Assembly (NCBI GenBank): GCA_965205015.1
Contig: OZ242029.1
Span: 2,784,001 to 2,848,000, forward strand
Source: Candidatus Poribacteria bacterium
Lineage (GTDB): Bacteria; Poribacteria; WGA-4E; WGA-3G
Length of the DNA: 64,000 nt
Direction: 5' to 3'
This document shows, one piece after another, positions 31,085 to 41,000 of the stretch; within the stretch, counting starts at the first letter, position 1, and each line of letters opens with the position of its first letter. Below the pieces are notes generated by a model. The model was not told the origin of the DNA. It did not search any database and was given only the letters and a program-made list of their open reading frames with translations. A program made the translations under genes and the position numbers.

Positions 31085-31247
31085 AATAGTTGTCGGTTAT
31101 CAGTTTCCAACGTAGAGGCGAGGTCACCTCGCCCTTACAGAGGTCTCTTTTTAACAATTCACCTCTCTGGAATACTCGAAGTTTGGGTAGATTATTACCC
31201 AAAACCCTCTTAACCGACTGAAACCTATAAAAGAAGGAGCTTCAAAC

Positions 31248-31973
31248 GTGGGCGAGAGAACTGAACAGGTGATTACGCTTTCTCTCCCAAGTTCAATGCG
31301 ACATGTTGATCTACTCAAAGTCATTGTCACTGAGATTCTGAAAGAAACAGATTTCACAGAGGACATTCAAGAGCAGGTTAACCGTGCTGTCATTGAAGCG
31401 GGTATAAACGCGACCAAACACAGCAACAGAGAGGGACTGAAAAGACAAACGGCTTTTCGGCTGGTTCTTGCTGAGAACCAATTCAACATAGCCACTGAGG
31501 ACGAAGGTGAGGAATCTACGCCCAACGAGCCTGAAACTGAACAGGTGATTACGCTTTCTCTCCCAAGTTCAATGCGACATGTTTACCTCCTTGATGTTGT
31601 TGTCACTGAGATTCTGAAAGAAACAGATTTCACAGAGGACATTCAAGAGCAAATTAACCTTGCTGTCATTGAAGCGGGGACAAACGCTATCAAACACGGC
31701 AATAAAGAAAATCCAACTAAAAAAGCGACCATCGAATTCACACTCGCCGAGGATAAGCTTGAGATCGTCATCGAAGACGAAGGCGATGGATTCACACGTA
31801 AGGAAGTCGCCGATCCCCTCGATCCAGAAAACTTGCTCAAAAGCAGTGGTAGAGGCTTATTTTTGATGGAAGCCTGCATGGACTCTGTAACTTACGAAAA
31901 GAACGGGACCATCATCAAAATGGTCAAATATAAAAGGGATTCCTATGCAAGTCAACCTTCGACACAAAGGTAG
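31248..31973 (+). CDS. RsbW-like anti-sigma factor kinase with N-terminal internal duplication
   Basis: EAGTNAIKHGN, EDEGDGF, SGRGLFLM; first ~90 aa duplicated. Confidence 0.88.
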   Translation: MGERTEQVITLSLPSSMRHVDLLKVIVTEILKETDFTEDIQEQVNRAVIEAGINATKHSNREGLKRQTAFRLVLAENQFNIATEDEGEESTPNEPETEQVITLSLPSSMRHVYLLDVVVTEILKETDFTEDIQEQINLAVIEAGTNAIKHGNKENPTKKATIEFTLAEDKLEIVIEDEGDGFTRKEVADPLDPENLLKSSGRGLFLMEACMDSVTYEKNGTIIKMVKYKRDSYASQPSTQR

Positions 31974-32310
31974 CATTACAATTTTAGATATTGAGGGAAA
32001 AGTTATCGGAGCAGACACCTTAGCTCTCAAAAACATCATTGATCAGCAGGTTCAGATAGCTGATAGCGAAGGGGCGCCCGGGGAAAAAGTCAACATAATT
32101 TTAAACATGGAACGGGTCCAGATGATGGATAGTTCCGGCTTAGGAGTACTTGTCTCCTCTTATACCACTATCCGACGCAACGAAGGGAACATCGTCCTCT
32201 TGAACCTCGGCGGCAACGTCAGAAGTCTTATTGTCATGGCGAAATTGATGACGATTTTTGACTGCTATGATACTGAAGCAGAAGCAATAGCTGGAATCCT
32301 ACGGACGTAA
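31945..32310 (+). CDS. STAS anti-sigma factor antagonist
   Basis: MMDSSGLGVLV motif. Confidence 0.9.
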   Translation: MQVNLRHKGSITILDIEGKVIGADTLALKNIIDQQVQIADSEGAPGEKVNIILNMERVQMMDSSGLGVLVSSYTTIRRNEGNIVLLNLGGNVRSLIVMAKLMTIFDCYDTEAEAIAGILRT

Positions 32311-32413
32311 AGGGTTGTCAGTTATGGGTTCGGGTTTTCTACGAAAACCCTTTCAGTTGTCGGTGAAGAAGGTCTCTTTAAACGAAAACTTCTTAACCGA
32401 TAACCATAAAAAA

Positions 32414-33133
32414 ATGGAAATACGTATCTCTAAAGACCTTGAAGAAGACACCAGTCTATGGCACAAATGCACTGGGTGCCAAGAGTTCGCTTTCAGAAAC
32501 GAACTTGAACGCAACTTTTATATCTGCTCATATTGTGGCGCGCTGTTCCCTCTCCTCGCTGAAAAACGGCTTGAGTACTTACTGGATGACTTACCAACGA
32601 CAGAAATCATATCCGCTAAGGAATCCGGACTTATCGCTGAAGGAATGATTGCAGGGCATCCAGTCTGTCTGTTCATCGCTGACATAGATGTGATTCCCGC
32701 CGAACTTGACGGATCCTTTTTTCTTACTGCGATTAATACTGCTTTACAAAAACAGATTCCATTGATTACGATTGTCGCGTGCCAACCGACTGGACCGCGA
32801 GCAGCTTTGGCAGAAACCACCTACTTAACGATGCAGATGGAGCGGTTAGCAGATACACCACTTCCCCATATCACTGTTTTAACTGAAACGGAAGTGTATC
32901 CATTGGCGACGTATCTTCCAGTCGGCGAACTGGTTATCGCAGAAGGCACAGTCCCCAGAAAAAAGTCGGCAGCCCCGAATCTACAGCCTGCGCTGCATGC
33001 CCCAGAAGAACAGCTTCTGACACAGCCGTCACCATCCGAAAAAGACGTTGAACCTGACATAAGTGTTGATTGTTATATCCCTCGTGAGGAACTGCCAAGT
33101 ACATTGGGATTATTTCTGAGATTTTTTAAATGA
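32414..33133 (+). CDS. Degenerate AccD-like protein (Zn ribbon retained)
   Basis: LWHKCTGC...YICSYC...AEKRLEYLLD resembles the AccD N-terminus; carboxyltransferase motifs eroded. Confidence 0.55.
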   Translation: MEIRISKDLEEDTSLWHKCTGCQEFAFRNELERNFYICSYCGALFPLLAEKRLEYLLDDLPTTEIISAKESGLIAEGMIAGHPVCLFIADIDVIPAELDGSFFLTAINTALQKQIPLITIVACQPTGPRAALAETTYLTMQMERLADTPLPHITVLTETEVYPLATYLPVGELVIAEGTVPRKKSAAPNLQPALHAPEEQLLTQPSPSEKDVEPDISVDCYIPREELPSTLGLFLRFFK

Positions 33134-33250
33134 TGATTTTTCGCGCTATGGGCATTTCACCCCTACGGAATGAAATTAGGTTCTCCTTAAATGGCATAAT
33201 TTATCTTTGCTTTACATTTGGAGCAGTGCCCAGATTCCCATAATTAAAAA

Positions 33251-34552
33251 ATGAAAAAAGACGTTTTGCGTGACGATCCGAATAATATAGGCATCTCTGA
33301 AAACAGGGCTAAACGCGTGTCCTTTGCCAACCAGAAATTTAAAGAAATCTTCGGTAGTGCCCCCGCATTTGTTGCATCCGCTCCGGGCAGAGTGAACCTC
33401 ATCGGTGAACATACAGATTACAACGACGGTTATGTATTCCCAGTGGCGATTGATAAATATATCAACATCGCTGCTCGAAAGCGACCCGATAGACGTGTGA
33501 GTTTACATGCTTTGGATGTCAACGATTCCTACGAATTCTGTCTCGATGCGCTCCCTTCTATTCAGCAGGATGCACCGGCATGGTGTCATTATCTCATCGG
33601 GGTTGCGTCTCTCCTACAAACATCGGGCAAAAAAGTATTTGGGGTAGATGCTGTGATCACAGGCGACGTGCCGATTGGTGCCGGTTTGAGTTCTTCAGCG
33701 GCGCTTTCAGTTTCAGCCGCACTGACTTTCTTAACCGCCAGTGCTTCATCTGAAATTTGGGGGAGCGAGCTGTACTCGCGACAATCAGAGAATGATAATA
33801 AAGAACTCGCTGCGTTGTGCCAGCGGGTAGAACACGAATTTGTCGGTGTTAATTGTGGTATCATGGATCAGACCATCTCGCTGCTGGGGCGGGAAAATCA
33901 GGCACTATTTCTGGACTGTCGTTCGCTGGAACACGAACATGTTCCACTCAGCTTAGAGACCACCCACTATATTGTTATTTGTAACACGAAAGTGAAACGC
34001 GAACTTGCCGCTTCTGAATACAATAAACGTCGCGCGGAATGTGAGAAAGGCGTTGCAGTCCTTAAAAAATGGTTGCCCGACATCTCTTCGCTCCGGGACA
34101 TTACGTTAACAGATTTCAAAAAACATGAAGAAGAACTTCCGGCGTTAACACAAAAGAGGTGTCGGTATGTGATTGAGGAGAATACCCGTGTATTAGACGC
34201 CGTTGCTGTGCTGAAAATGCGACACCTACAAACAGAAACCGAAGAAACAGAGGCGTCGCTCGCACAATTCGGTAGACTGATGAACGCGTCGCACAACGGG
34301 CTTCGGGATGACTACGAAGTCAGTTGTAGTGAGTTAGATTTGCTTACCGACGTTGCTCGCGGCATCACAGGTGTAATCGGGAGTCGAATGACAGGTGCCG
34401 GTTTTGGTGGGTGCACAGTTAACATCGTTCATAAAGACGTTTTAGAAACGTTCCAAACGCTCGTGACGACAGAGTACCACAAACACACCGGTATTGAACC
34501 TGAAATTTATCTCTGTAATGTCAGTGACGGCGCACAAGTTTTCTTTTTTTAA
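33251..34552 (+). CDS. galK: Galactokinase
   Basis: APGRVNLIGEHTDYNDG, PIGAGLSSSAA, CGIMDQ, SRMTGAGFGG. Confidence 0.97.
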   Translation: MKKDVLRDDPNNIGISENRAKRVSFANQKFKEIFGSAPAFVASAPGRVNLIGEHTDYNDGYVFPVAIDKYINIAARKRPDRRVSLHALDVNDSYEFCLDALPSIQQDAPAWCHYLIGVASLLQTSGKKVFGVDAVITGDVPIGAGLSSSAALSVSAALTFLTASASSEIWGSELYSRQSENDNKELAALCQRVEHEFVGVNCGIMDQTISLLGRENQALFLDCRSLEHEHVPLSLETTHYIVICNTKVKRELAASEYNKRRAECEKGVAVLKKWLPDISSLRDITLTDFKKHEEELPALTQKRCRYVIEENTRVLDAVAVLKMRHLQTETEETEASLAQFGRLMNASHNGLRDDYEVSCSELDLLTDVARGITGVIGSRMTGAGFGGCTVNIVHKDVLETFQTLVTTEYHKHTGIEPEIYLCNVSDGAQVFFF

Positions 34553-34569
34553 TAAAATAAAATAAAAAG

Positions 34570-35679
34570 ATGGAATATAGTATTGGCGTCGACCTTGGCG
34601 GAACAGACATTAAGGCGGGATTCGTCTCATCAAGCGGTGATATTTCTTGTCGGGTCGTGCTCCCTACAGATGTTGAGGTAGGAGGTCCCAAAGTCGTGGC
34701 GGCTCGAATTGCGGAAGCCGTTCGTCAAGTGCTTGTAAAAGCCAGCGGTTTCCTTCAGAAAGAGAGGGGACAGTCGTCAGGGTTGACAGCTGAACGCCGA
34801 GGGTCGAAAGCCATTAAAAGCGAGATTTGGGTTGGACTGGGATCCCCGGGACTTATCATCGCTGAAACAGGCGTTGTCCACTTTTCACCTAATTTTCCGG
34901 GTTGGAGTGACATCCCACTTGTGGATTATGTGAATGCTGAACTGGCGAAATTACACGTTCCAAAGGCAACCGCGAACGATAACTCACAAACCGATAGTAA
35001 TGAAAGGATTCAGAGTTGGAAACCCCTCCTACGCGGTATGGATAACGATGTGAATGCGATGACCTTGGGCGAACTTCGTCACGGTGCTGGTGTTGGGTAC
35101 GAAAACATCGTCGCATTAACACTCGGTACAGGCGTAGGCGGGGGTGTTGTGATTGACGGACAAGTTTACCACGGAAGTCAGAATACTGCGGGCGAACTTG
35201 GACATACTGTCGTTGAACCCAACGGGCGTTACTGTGGGTGTGGGAATCAAGGGTGTCTTGAGGCGTATGCTGGCGCGAAACATATCGTTGAACGGACCGC
35301 GGAGAAAGTACAGACAGGACGGTCTACAATTTTAGCCAAAGCCATAAGGGATAGAACAGTACTAACACCACAGCAAATAGCGGAGGCGGCACATGCAGGG
35401 GACAAAATCGCAATGGAGATTTTTGCTGAAACAGGACGGTATATAGGCATTGCCCTCACCTCAATCGCGCACATCCTCAACCCACAAATTGCGATTATCG
35501 GAGGCGGTATAGCGGAAGCGGGTGAAAAACTTCTCTTTGAACCTATCCGTGCTGAATTTTCCAAACGTGCTATGGATATTCCAGCGCGGATGAAGATCGT
35601 AAAGGCGTACCTCGGAAACGACGCGGGCATTGTGGGTGCGGCGATGCTCGCCCTTGAGAGTGAGAAGCCGGTATTGTAG
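34570..35679 (+). CDS. ROK family sugar kinase (glucokinase-like)
   Basis: GVDLGGT, DNDVNA, TLGTGVGGG, GELGH, CGCGNQGCLEAYA. Confidence 0.93.
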   Translation: MEYSIGVDLGGTDIKAGFVSSSGDISCRVVLPTDVEVGGPKVVAARIAEAVRQVLVKASGFLQKERGQSSGLTAERRGSKAIKSEIWVGLGSPGLIIAETGVVHFSPNFPGWSDIPLVDYVNAELAKLHVPKATANDNSQTDSNERIQSWKPLLRGMDNDVNAMTLGELRHGAGVGYENIVALTLGTGVGGGVVIDGQVYHGSQNTAGELGHTVVEPNGRYCGCGNQGCLEAYAGAKHIVERTAEKVQTGRSTILAKAIRDRTVLTPQQIAEAAHAGDKIAMEIFAETGRYIGIALTSIAHILNPQIAIIGGGIAEAGEKLLFEPIRAEFSKRAMDIPARMKIVKAYLGNDAGIVGAAMLALESEKPVL

Positions 35680-35697
35680 CACAAGAATTCGGGGTTA

Positions 35698-35816
35698 TAT
35701 AGTAAAACCCGTAATTACTTATACACTAACACAAGGGCGAGGATACAATCCTCGCCAGCGGTGGTGGGGTGTTTGTTCCCTGACGAACTGTAAACATATT
35801 TTTGGATTTTACTATA
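35698..35816. mobile_element. MITE (TATAG...CTATA family), identical to 36740-36858
   Basis: Terminal inverted repeats; 119-bp identical copy 1 kb downstream. Confidence 0.85.
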
Positions 35817-35867
35817 AACCCCTCCGACAACATGTCACGGAAAAATTTATAGCCAGGGGGATCACAA

Positions 35868-36653
35868 ATGAAAAATACAGTCAGCAGTCAACAGTCGGCA
35901 TTGTCCCGCAGGTTTCCCACACGCGGAGACCTGCGGTGCCATCAGCAAGACGATGTTACTTCACCAGAAAACCTCTTTGCTGAAGGTTTCCGAAAGCCGG
36001 GCGCTAAGAGCCAATTGGCAAGGTGTATCTTAGAAATTTTAGCAGTGCTCTGTTTGTTAGCAATCCCGCTGAGTTGTTCAAAGGTCCCAGAGGTCCCTGA
36101 TTTCATCAAAGATACCTTCCAGCCAGAGATGATTGTCCCTGTGTTCGACCCGGATGCTCATATCATGCCGCAGACGGGGACTGTGGGTTATGTCAAAAAC
36201 GGTGTAAAAGCAATGGCGGTGCCACTCAACGATGTGAAGGCGGTTGATGCGTTTGGTATCTTTATCTACAATGGGACCGACCATTGGATATCCTTCAAAA
36301 AGAAGGAGTGCCTGATGCTTGATGGCACAGCAAACGTTACGAAGCCGATCGATAAATCACAGGAATCCTTTTACCTAAAGAAGAACTTCAGACCGAAACT
36401 GCCCCCTGAATTCGGGGCGGAAGTGTTCCGATGGGATAAGACTATTAGAATACAGGGCGGTCCAGCAGTACTCCCCAGAGAAGACCTTGAGAAAACAACC
36501 GTGATGCCCGGACAATACGCGAGATTCTTCCTCTATTTCCGTAAGCGGAGTATTAAATATAGCAGCTTGCGGATCATTGTGCCAAGAGTCACGAGTGATT
36601 TCAATGAACAGCAAACGACGTTCGTTTTCAAATTTAAAGTGCAACGCGGCTAA
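35868..36653 (+). CDS. Hypothetical lipoprotein; N-terminus contains a repeat-derived segment
   Basis: Hydrophobic stretch plus LSC lipobox; start uncertain. Confidence 0.65.
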   Translation: MKNTVSSQQSALSRRFPTRGDLRCHQQDDVTSPENLFAEGFRKPGAKSQLARCILEILAVLCLLAIPLSCSKVPEVPDFIKDTFQPEMIVPVFDPDAHIMPQTGTVGYVKNGVKAMAVPLNDVKAVDAFGIFIYNGTDHWISFKKKECLMLDGTANVTKPIDKSQESFYLKKNFRPKLPPEFGAEVFRWDKTIRIQGGPAVLPREDLEKTTVMPGQYARFFLYFRKRSIKYSSLRIIVPRVTSDFNEQQTTFVFKFKVQRG

Positions 36654-36707
36654 ATACGCGTCCGTGAAGAAGTTTGAACTATGATCTGTAAGGTTATCGG
36701 ATGTGCC

Positions 36708-37892
36708 ATGATTAGCGGTCGGATAATCATAGCAAATCTTATAGTAAAACCCGTAATTACTTATACACTAACACAAGGGCGAGGATACAATCCTCGCCAG
36801 CGGTGGTGGGGTGTTTGTTCCCTGACGAACTGTAAACATATTTTTGGATTTTACTATAAAATCATAAAAACCCCGGTTCTGACTTTCCTCCTCGTGCTCT
36901 ATTTGGGTTGCACCCTACCCGAAAGCGAAATTGCGCAGGGAAATCCGCAGAAAATCCCCAAGCAAAAATCCCAAGCAAAAATCCCGATCGAAATCCTTCT
37001 CTCGAACCGTGAACGGCAGGCACCCCCTATAGTGGGGATTCGTTACATCCAAACGCTCGGTAGGGCGGGACAAGGCGCGGGCGAATTTCGGACCCCTTTG
37101 GGGCTTGCAATAGATGAACAAGACAGAATCTACATCGCCGATGCCGGTAACAATCGGGTGCAAGTGATTGACGATGCTGGAAATTATATCATAGAATTCG
37201 GAAGTCGTGGATGGCAGACAGGGGAATTCGATCACCCCACGGATATAGCGTTGAGTTTTCAAAGAAGGTACCGCCTCTATGTAGCAGACACGGGTAACAA
37301 TCGGGTGCAATACTGCAATTTTGTTGATCGTATTTTTTATCCAATCAGTGAGAGCGCAGATGGTGTCCTCCTCGACCGTCCTGAAGGTATCGGTATTGGA
37401 CGAAATGGTGAAGTGTATGTCGTTGACACAGGCAATCACCGCTGGATTGAATTCAACGTCGCAGGCGTTCCTGTTGTAGTACGAGGCAGCTTCGGGAGCG
37501 GGAGCGAACAATTCTGGAATCCAACAGATCTGGATGTTGATGCCCACGGAAATGTTTACATCGTTGATACAGGCAATCATCTCATAAAAAAATACGACTT
37601 TAGTGGTAATCCTATTGACATGTGGGGTGGCGAAGGCGACGCACTTGGACAATTGCGGGAACCGAAGTGTATCACCTTAGACGAATGGAATTATCTCTAT
37701 GTAACGGACAGCGGCAACAGACGTATTCAAGTGTTTGCACCTGATGGCAGAAGCATCACAGAATTCAGTGCCCCCACGCTTCAGGAACCCGTAGGTATCG
37801 CCGTCTCGAAAACCGGACGTGTCTTTGTGAGTGACGCCGAAGCGAATGACATAAAGGTGTTCCAAGTTTTTCGGAAAAAGTCTGAACCATGA
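36708..37892 (+). CDS. NHL-repeat lipoprotein
   Basis: F..P.G.A.D...IYIAD.GN.RVQ repeats; LGC lipobox; MITE inserted in frame near the start. Confidence 0.88.
   Translation: MISGRIIIANLIVKPVITYTLTQGRGYNPRQRWWGVCSLTNCKHIFGFYYKIIKTPVLTFLLVLYLGCTLPESEIAQGNPQKIPKQKSQAKIPIEILLSNRERQAPPIVGIRYIQTLGRAGQGAGEFRTPLGLAIDEQDRIYIADAGNNRVQVIDDAGNYIIEFGSRGWQTGEFDHPTDIALSFQRRYRLYVADTGNNRVQYCNFVDRIFYPISESADGVLLDRPEGIGIGRNGEVYVVDTGNHRWIEFNVAGVPVVVRGSFGSGSEQFWNPTDLDVDAHGNVYIVDTGNHLIKKYDFSGNPIDMWGGEGDALGQLREPKCITLDEWNYLYVTDSGNRRIQVFAPDGRSITEFSAPTLQEPVGIAVSKTGRVFVSDAEANDIKVFQVFRKKSEP
36740..36858. mobile_element. MITE (TATAG...CTATA family) inserted in frame
   Basis: Identical to 35698-35816; net 117 bp after TA duplication. 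Confidence 0.85.
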
Positions 37893-38010
37893 TTTATCTG
37901 ATGGATCTGATGGATGTGATGCGCTGCTTTCGTAATCACGATTTATCACATAAATCAGGGAAATCTCGATCATGATTGATGAGCCAGCGATATAAGAGGG
38001 CAGATGTGTC

Positions 38011-41000
38011 ATGATTATCGGAGGTCTCGTCATCAGGGTAATCAAACAAATCATAAAAATTCTGGTTCTGACTATTTGCTTGTGTGTGCTACCACATCCG
38101 AGTGGGATAGCCCAAAACCTCCCTAACGACGAAGCCACAGTTCTTGAATTTCCCACTTTTTCCGTCCTCCAGAAAACAGAGTCCGTTGAGTTGAAATCAG
38201 GAGAACAAGCATTCACGGTGAGGTATCCACCGATTCTGCCAAACAGCGAGCGGGTAACAGAAGCGGATGGGAAGGTGCTCGTGCGAGGTATCGACTATCA
38301 GATCGATTTCTATTTAGGCAAAATCACTGTAGGGGAAACCGGTCTTGTGCCTGCCCAAACGGATCTTAAGATAACCTACCGAACATTGCCCTTCGCGATT
38401 AAACAGGTCTATAAACGCGACCTTTACGGAACAGCGGACAGCGATCAGCGGTCAGCGGTCAGCGGTCAGCAAGAGAGTCGTCAGCAGTCAGAAACCGTCG
38501 ATGGTCAGCAAAGAGATTTTCTTACTGAAGATTTCCAACAGCCGACAACCGACAGTCAATTAGAAGTATCCGGCAGTCAGACATTCGGTATCTCGGTTGG
38601 CAGTGGACGGGGTGTGTCGCCGAATCAAGAACTCCGCGTCAATGTTGAGGGGAAAGCCTCTGAAAATATCACTGTCTTGGCACTGCTATCCGATCAGGAT
38701 CTGCCCATCCAACCCGAAGGCACAACCGAAAATATTCAAGACATCGATCAGAAATTGATTCGTATTGCGCATCCGAACATGAGGGGAACCTTAGGGGATT
38801 TTGAAGGCTCGCTCGGTGCATCGGAGTTTATTTTTTTTCCACGCGCATTGGAAGGGGTACAGGTTGAAGGCGATTTCAAGTGGGTGGACTTTCACTTCAT
38901 TCCAACTGCTATTCCGAAGGGTCAGTCTACGAGTTTAGTGCTTCGCGGTGAAGAAGGACGTAGTGAATATCGGCTCACAGTTGATGGGCGATACGTCATT
39001 GTGAAAGCGGGCAGTGAAATCGTCTGGCTGAACGGTGAAAGGATGCGGCGCGGCGAAAACAACGATTATATTATCCGTGAATATGGGGATCCAATTGTCG
39101 AGTTTAACAGCAAACATCTCATAACGAGCAACGATGTGATTCGGATCGATTTTGAATATATCCCGGAAGATCGGGCGTACCAACAGAATCTTTACGGATT
39201 CAGCAGCGTCTTCACACTGCCGGGTGAGCGTTTAACACTTGGGGCATCCTACGCCGTTGAAGCAGATCTCAGTCAACCCGAACAGACGCTCATCAAGTTT
39301 GAAGATGCGGAACTGGAGGCTCTTCGCCAAAACATCCTTAATCCGAAGGAAGATGAATCACCGCTCGTACCACCACAAAAGCATACTGTATGGGGGCTGG
39401 AGAGTCGTCTGAACATTACAGAACAAGCGTGGATTCAAGGCGAACTCGCCTATAGTAATCTTGATAAAAACACCTATTCCACTGTCGATCGGAAAGAGGT
39501 GAGTCAGGCATGGAAATTAATCGGTTACGCCGACTGGGACTTTGCGACATGGACCGACCAACTACGTCCTAAATTGACCACAAACCTTGACATACGCTCG
39601 ATGGACGCTGACTTCGTGCCGGTCGGTGCTTCAAGCGGCAACCGGACCCGTTCGCGTTACGAAACGCAATACGCCAAAGAGGGTTTTGATGATGCGTTCC
39701 TACTCGACGCTGCAAGCAGCCCACGAGGTTCCCAAGACGAGAGAACCATGAATTTCGACATCCGAATGATGCCGACAGATTGGTTAGCGGTTGACGCGGG
39801 GGTCGGTAGAAGCGAAGAGAGAGCCCCAGAGAGTCGTCAGTTACCAGTTGTAGGGGCGGGGTTACCCCGCCCTTACGGAGGAGATCTCGCTCAATCAGAT
39901 CCCTCTTTAACCGACACCCGACACCTGACAACTGATAACGATTCAACCATCCGCAACAATTTCAACTGGGGCGTCAACTTCAATCGACGTTCAGGCATGG
40001 GGCAGGTAAGTCGAACCTTCACACCTGTAGGCGGGCACTCCGGTTCCGGACTGCCTATAAGCACACCAGAGAGGAATCCGATAGGAGGGGAAGAAATACC
40101 CAAGCAAAAACACTCCGATTCCCGACAAAGCACATCTGCAGGATCGCGATTCCTGAAAAAGTTGCCGAATCTTCGCTGGGATGACTATCGTAGCAGTTCC
40201 CGGACGGAGGGTGAAGATTCAACAAGGACACAATCGCTACAGAAATCACGTCAAGAGGGAAATCTGTCGTATCCGCTCGGTCCGTTCAGAATTTTGGGAA
40301 CATTCGGGCGAGTGGCGTCGAACGAAGCGCGGAATGCGACGCTCAATCGAAAGCGGAACCGTGCAACCGGACGTATTGATCTTGCTGAATTCAAATGGGC
40401 ATCTTTGAACACCAGCTATGAGCTTGAGGAGGCTTTTGCAAAAGAACCCTTGCTCACTGTTGATGACGAGCCTATCGGTTTGTCGGATTGGCAGCGGAAC
40501 ACCACCGCACGGACTTGGAAGGTAGGTATCCTTTCACAGCAACAATCCTTTCTCAGCGGCGGGGTGAATCTGACGGCAAACATTGCGCGCCGAATGTTGA
40601 AAGCACACACCGATCTCGGGGCAAATACAACCACGCAACTCGCCGATATCAACCTCCAACTCACACCCCTCAGCCGGGCGATTGATATAGAAATCGCTTA
40701 TGAATTAGATAAAAAACTGACGAGTCAACGCCGCGAGGTCTATACCGACATCCATCCCCACACCGGCATTCTGCTCCAACCCGGTGAAGGATACTACGTA
40801 AAACTGGACGATCTACACTACGTAGAGGATCCAGAAGAAGGCACCTATATCAAGATCTATCAAAATGTGGGGGATAAACCGACAACAGCGGTAGATGCGG
40901 AATTCCGGGTCCGTTTTCAACCCCGACAGTTTTTCGCACGACGTGCCAGAGCCAGGCAACAGCAGCAACGCGACTCGATGTTGAAACGTGATAGTTTACG

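Noticed and set aside
35630-35983. ORF sharing a 40-aa peptide with the NHL protein
   Set aside because: The shared peptide is simply the translated MITE.
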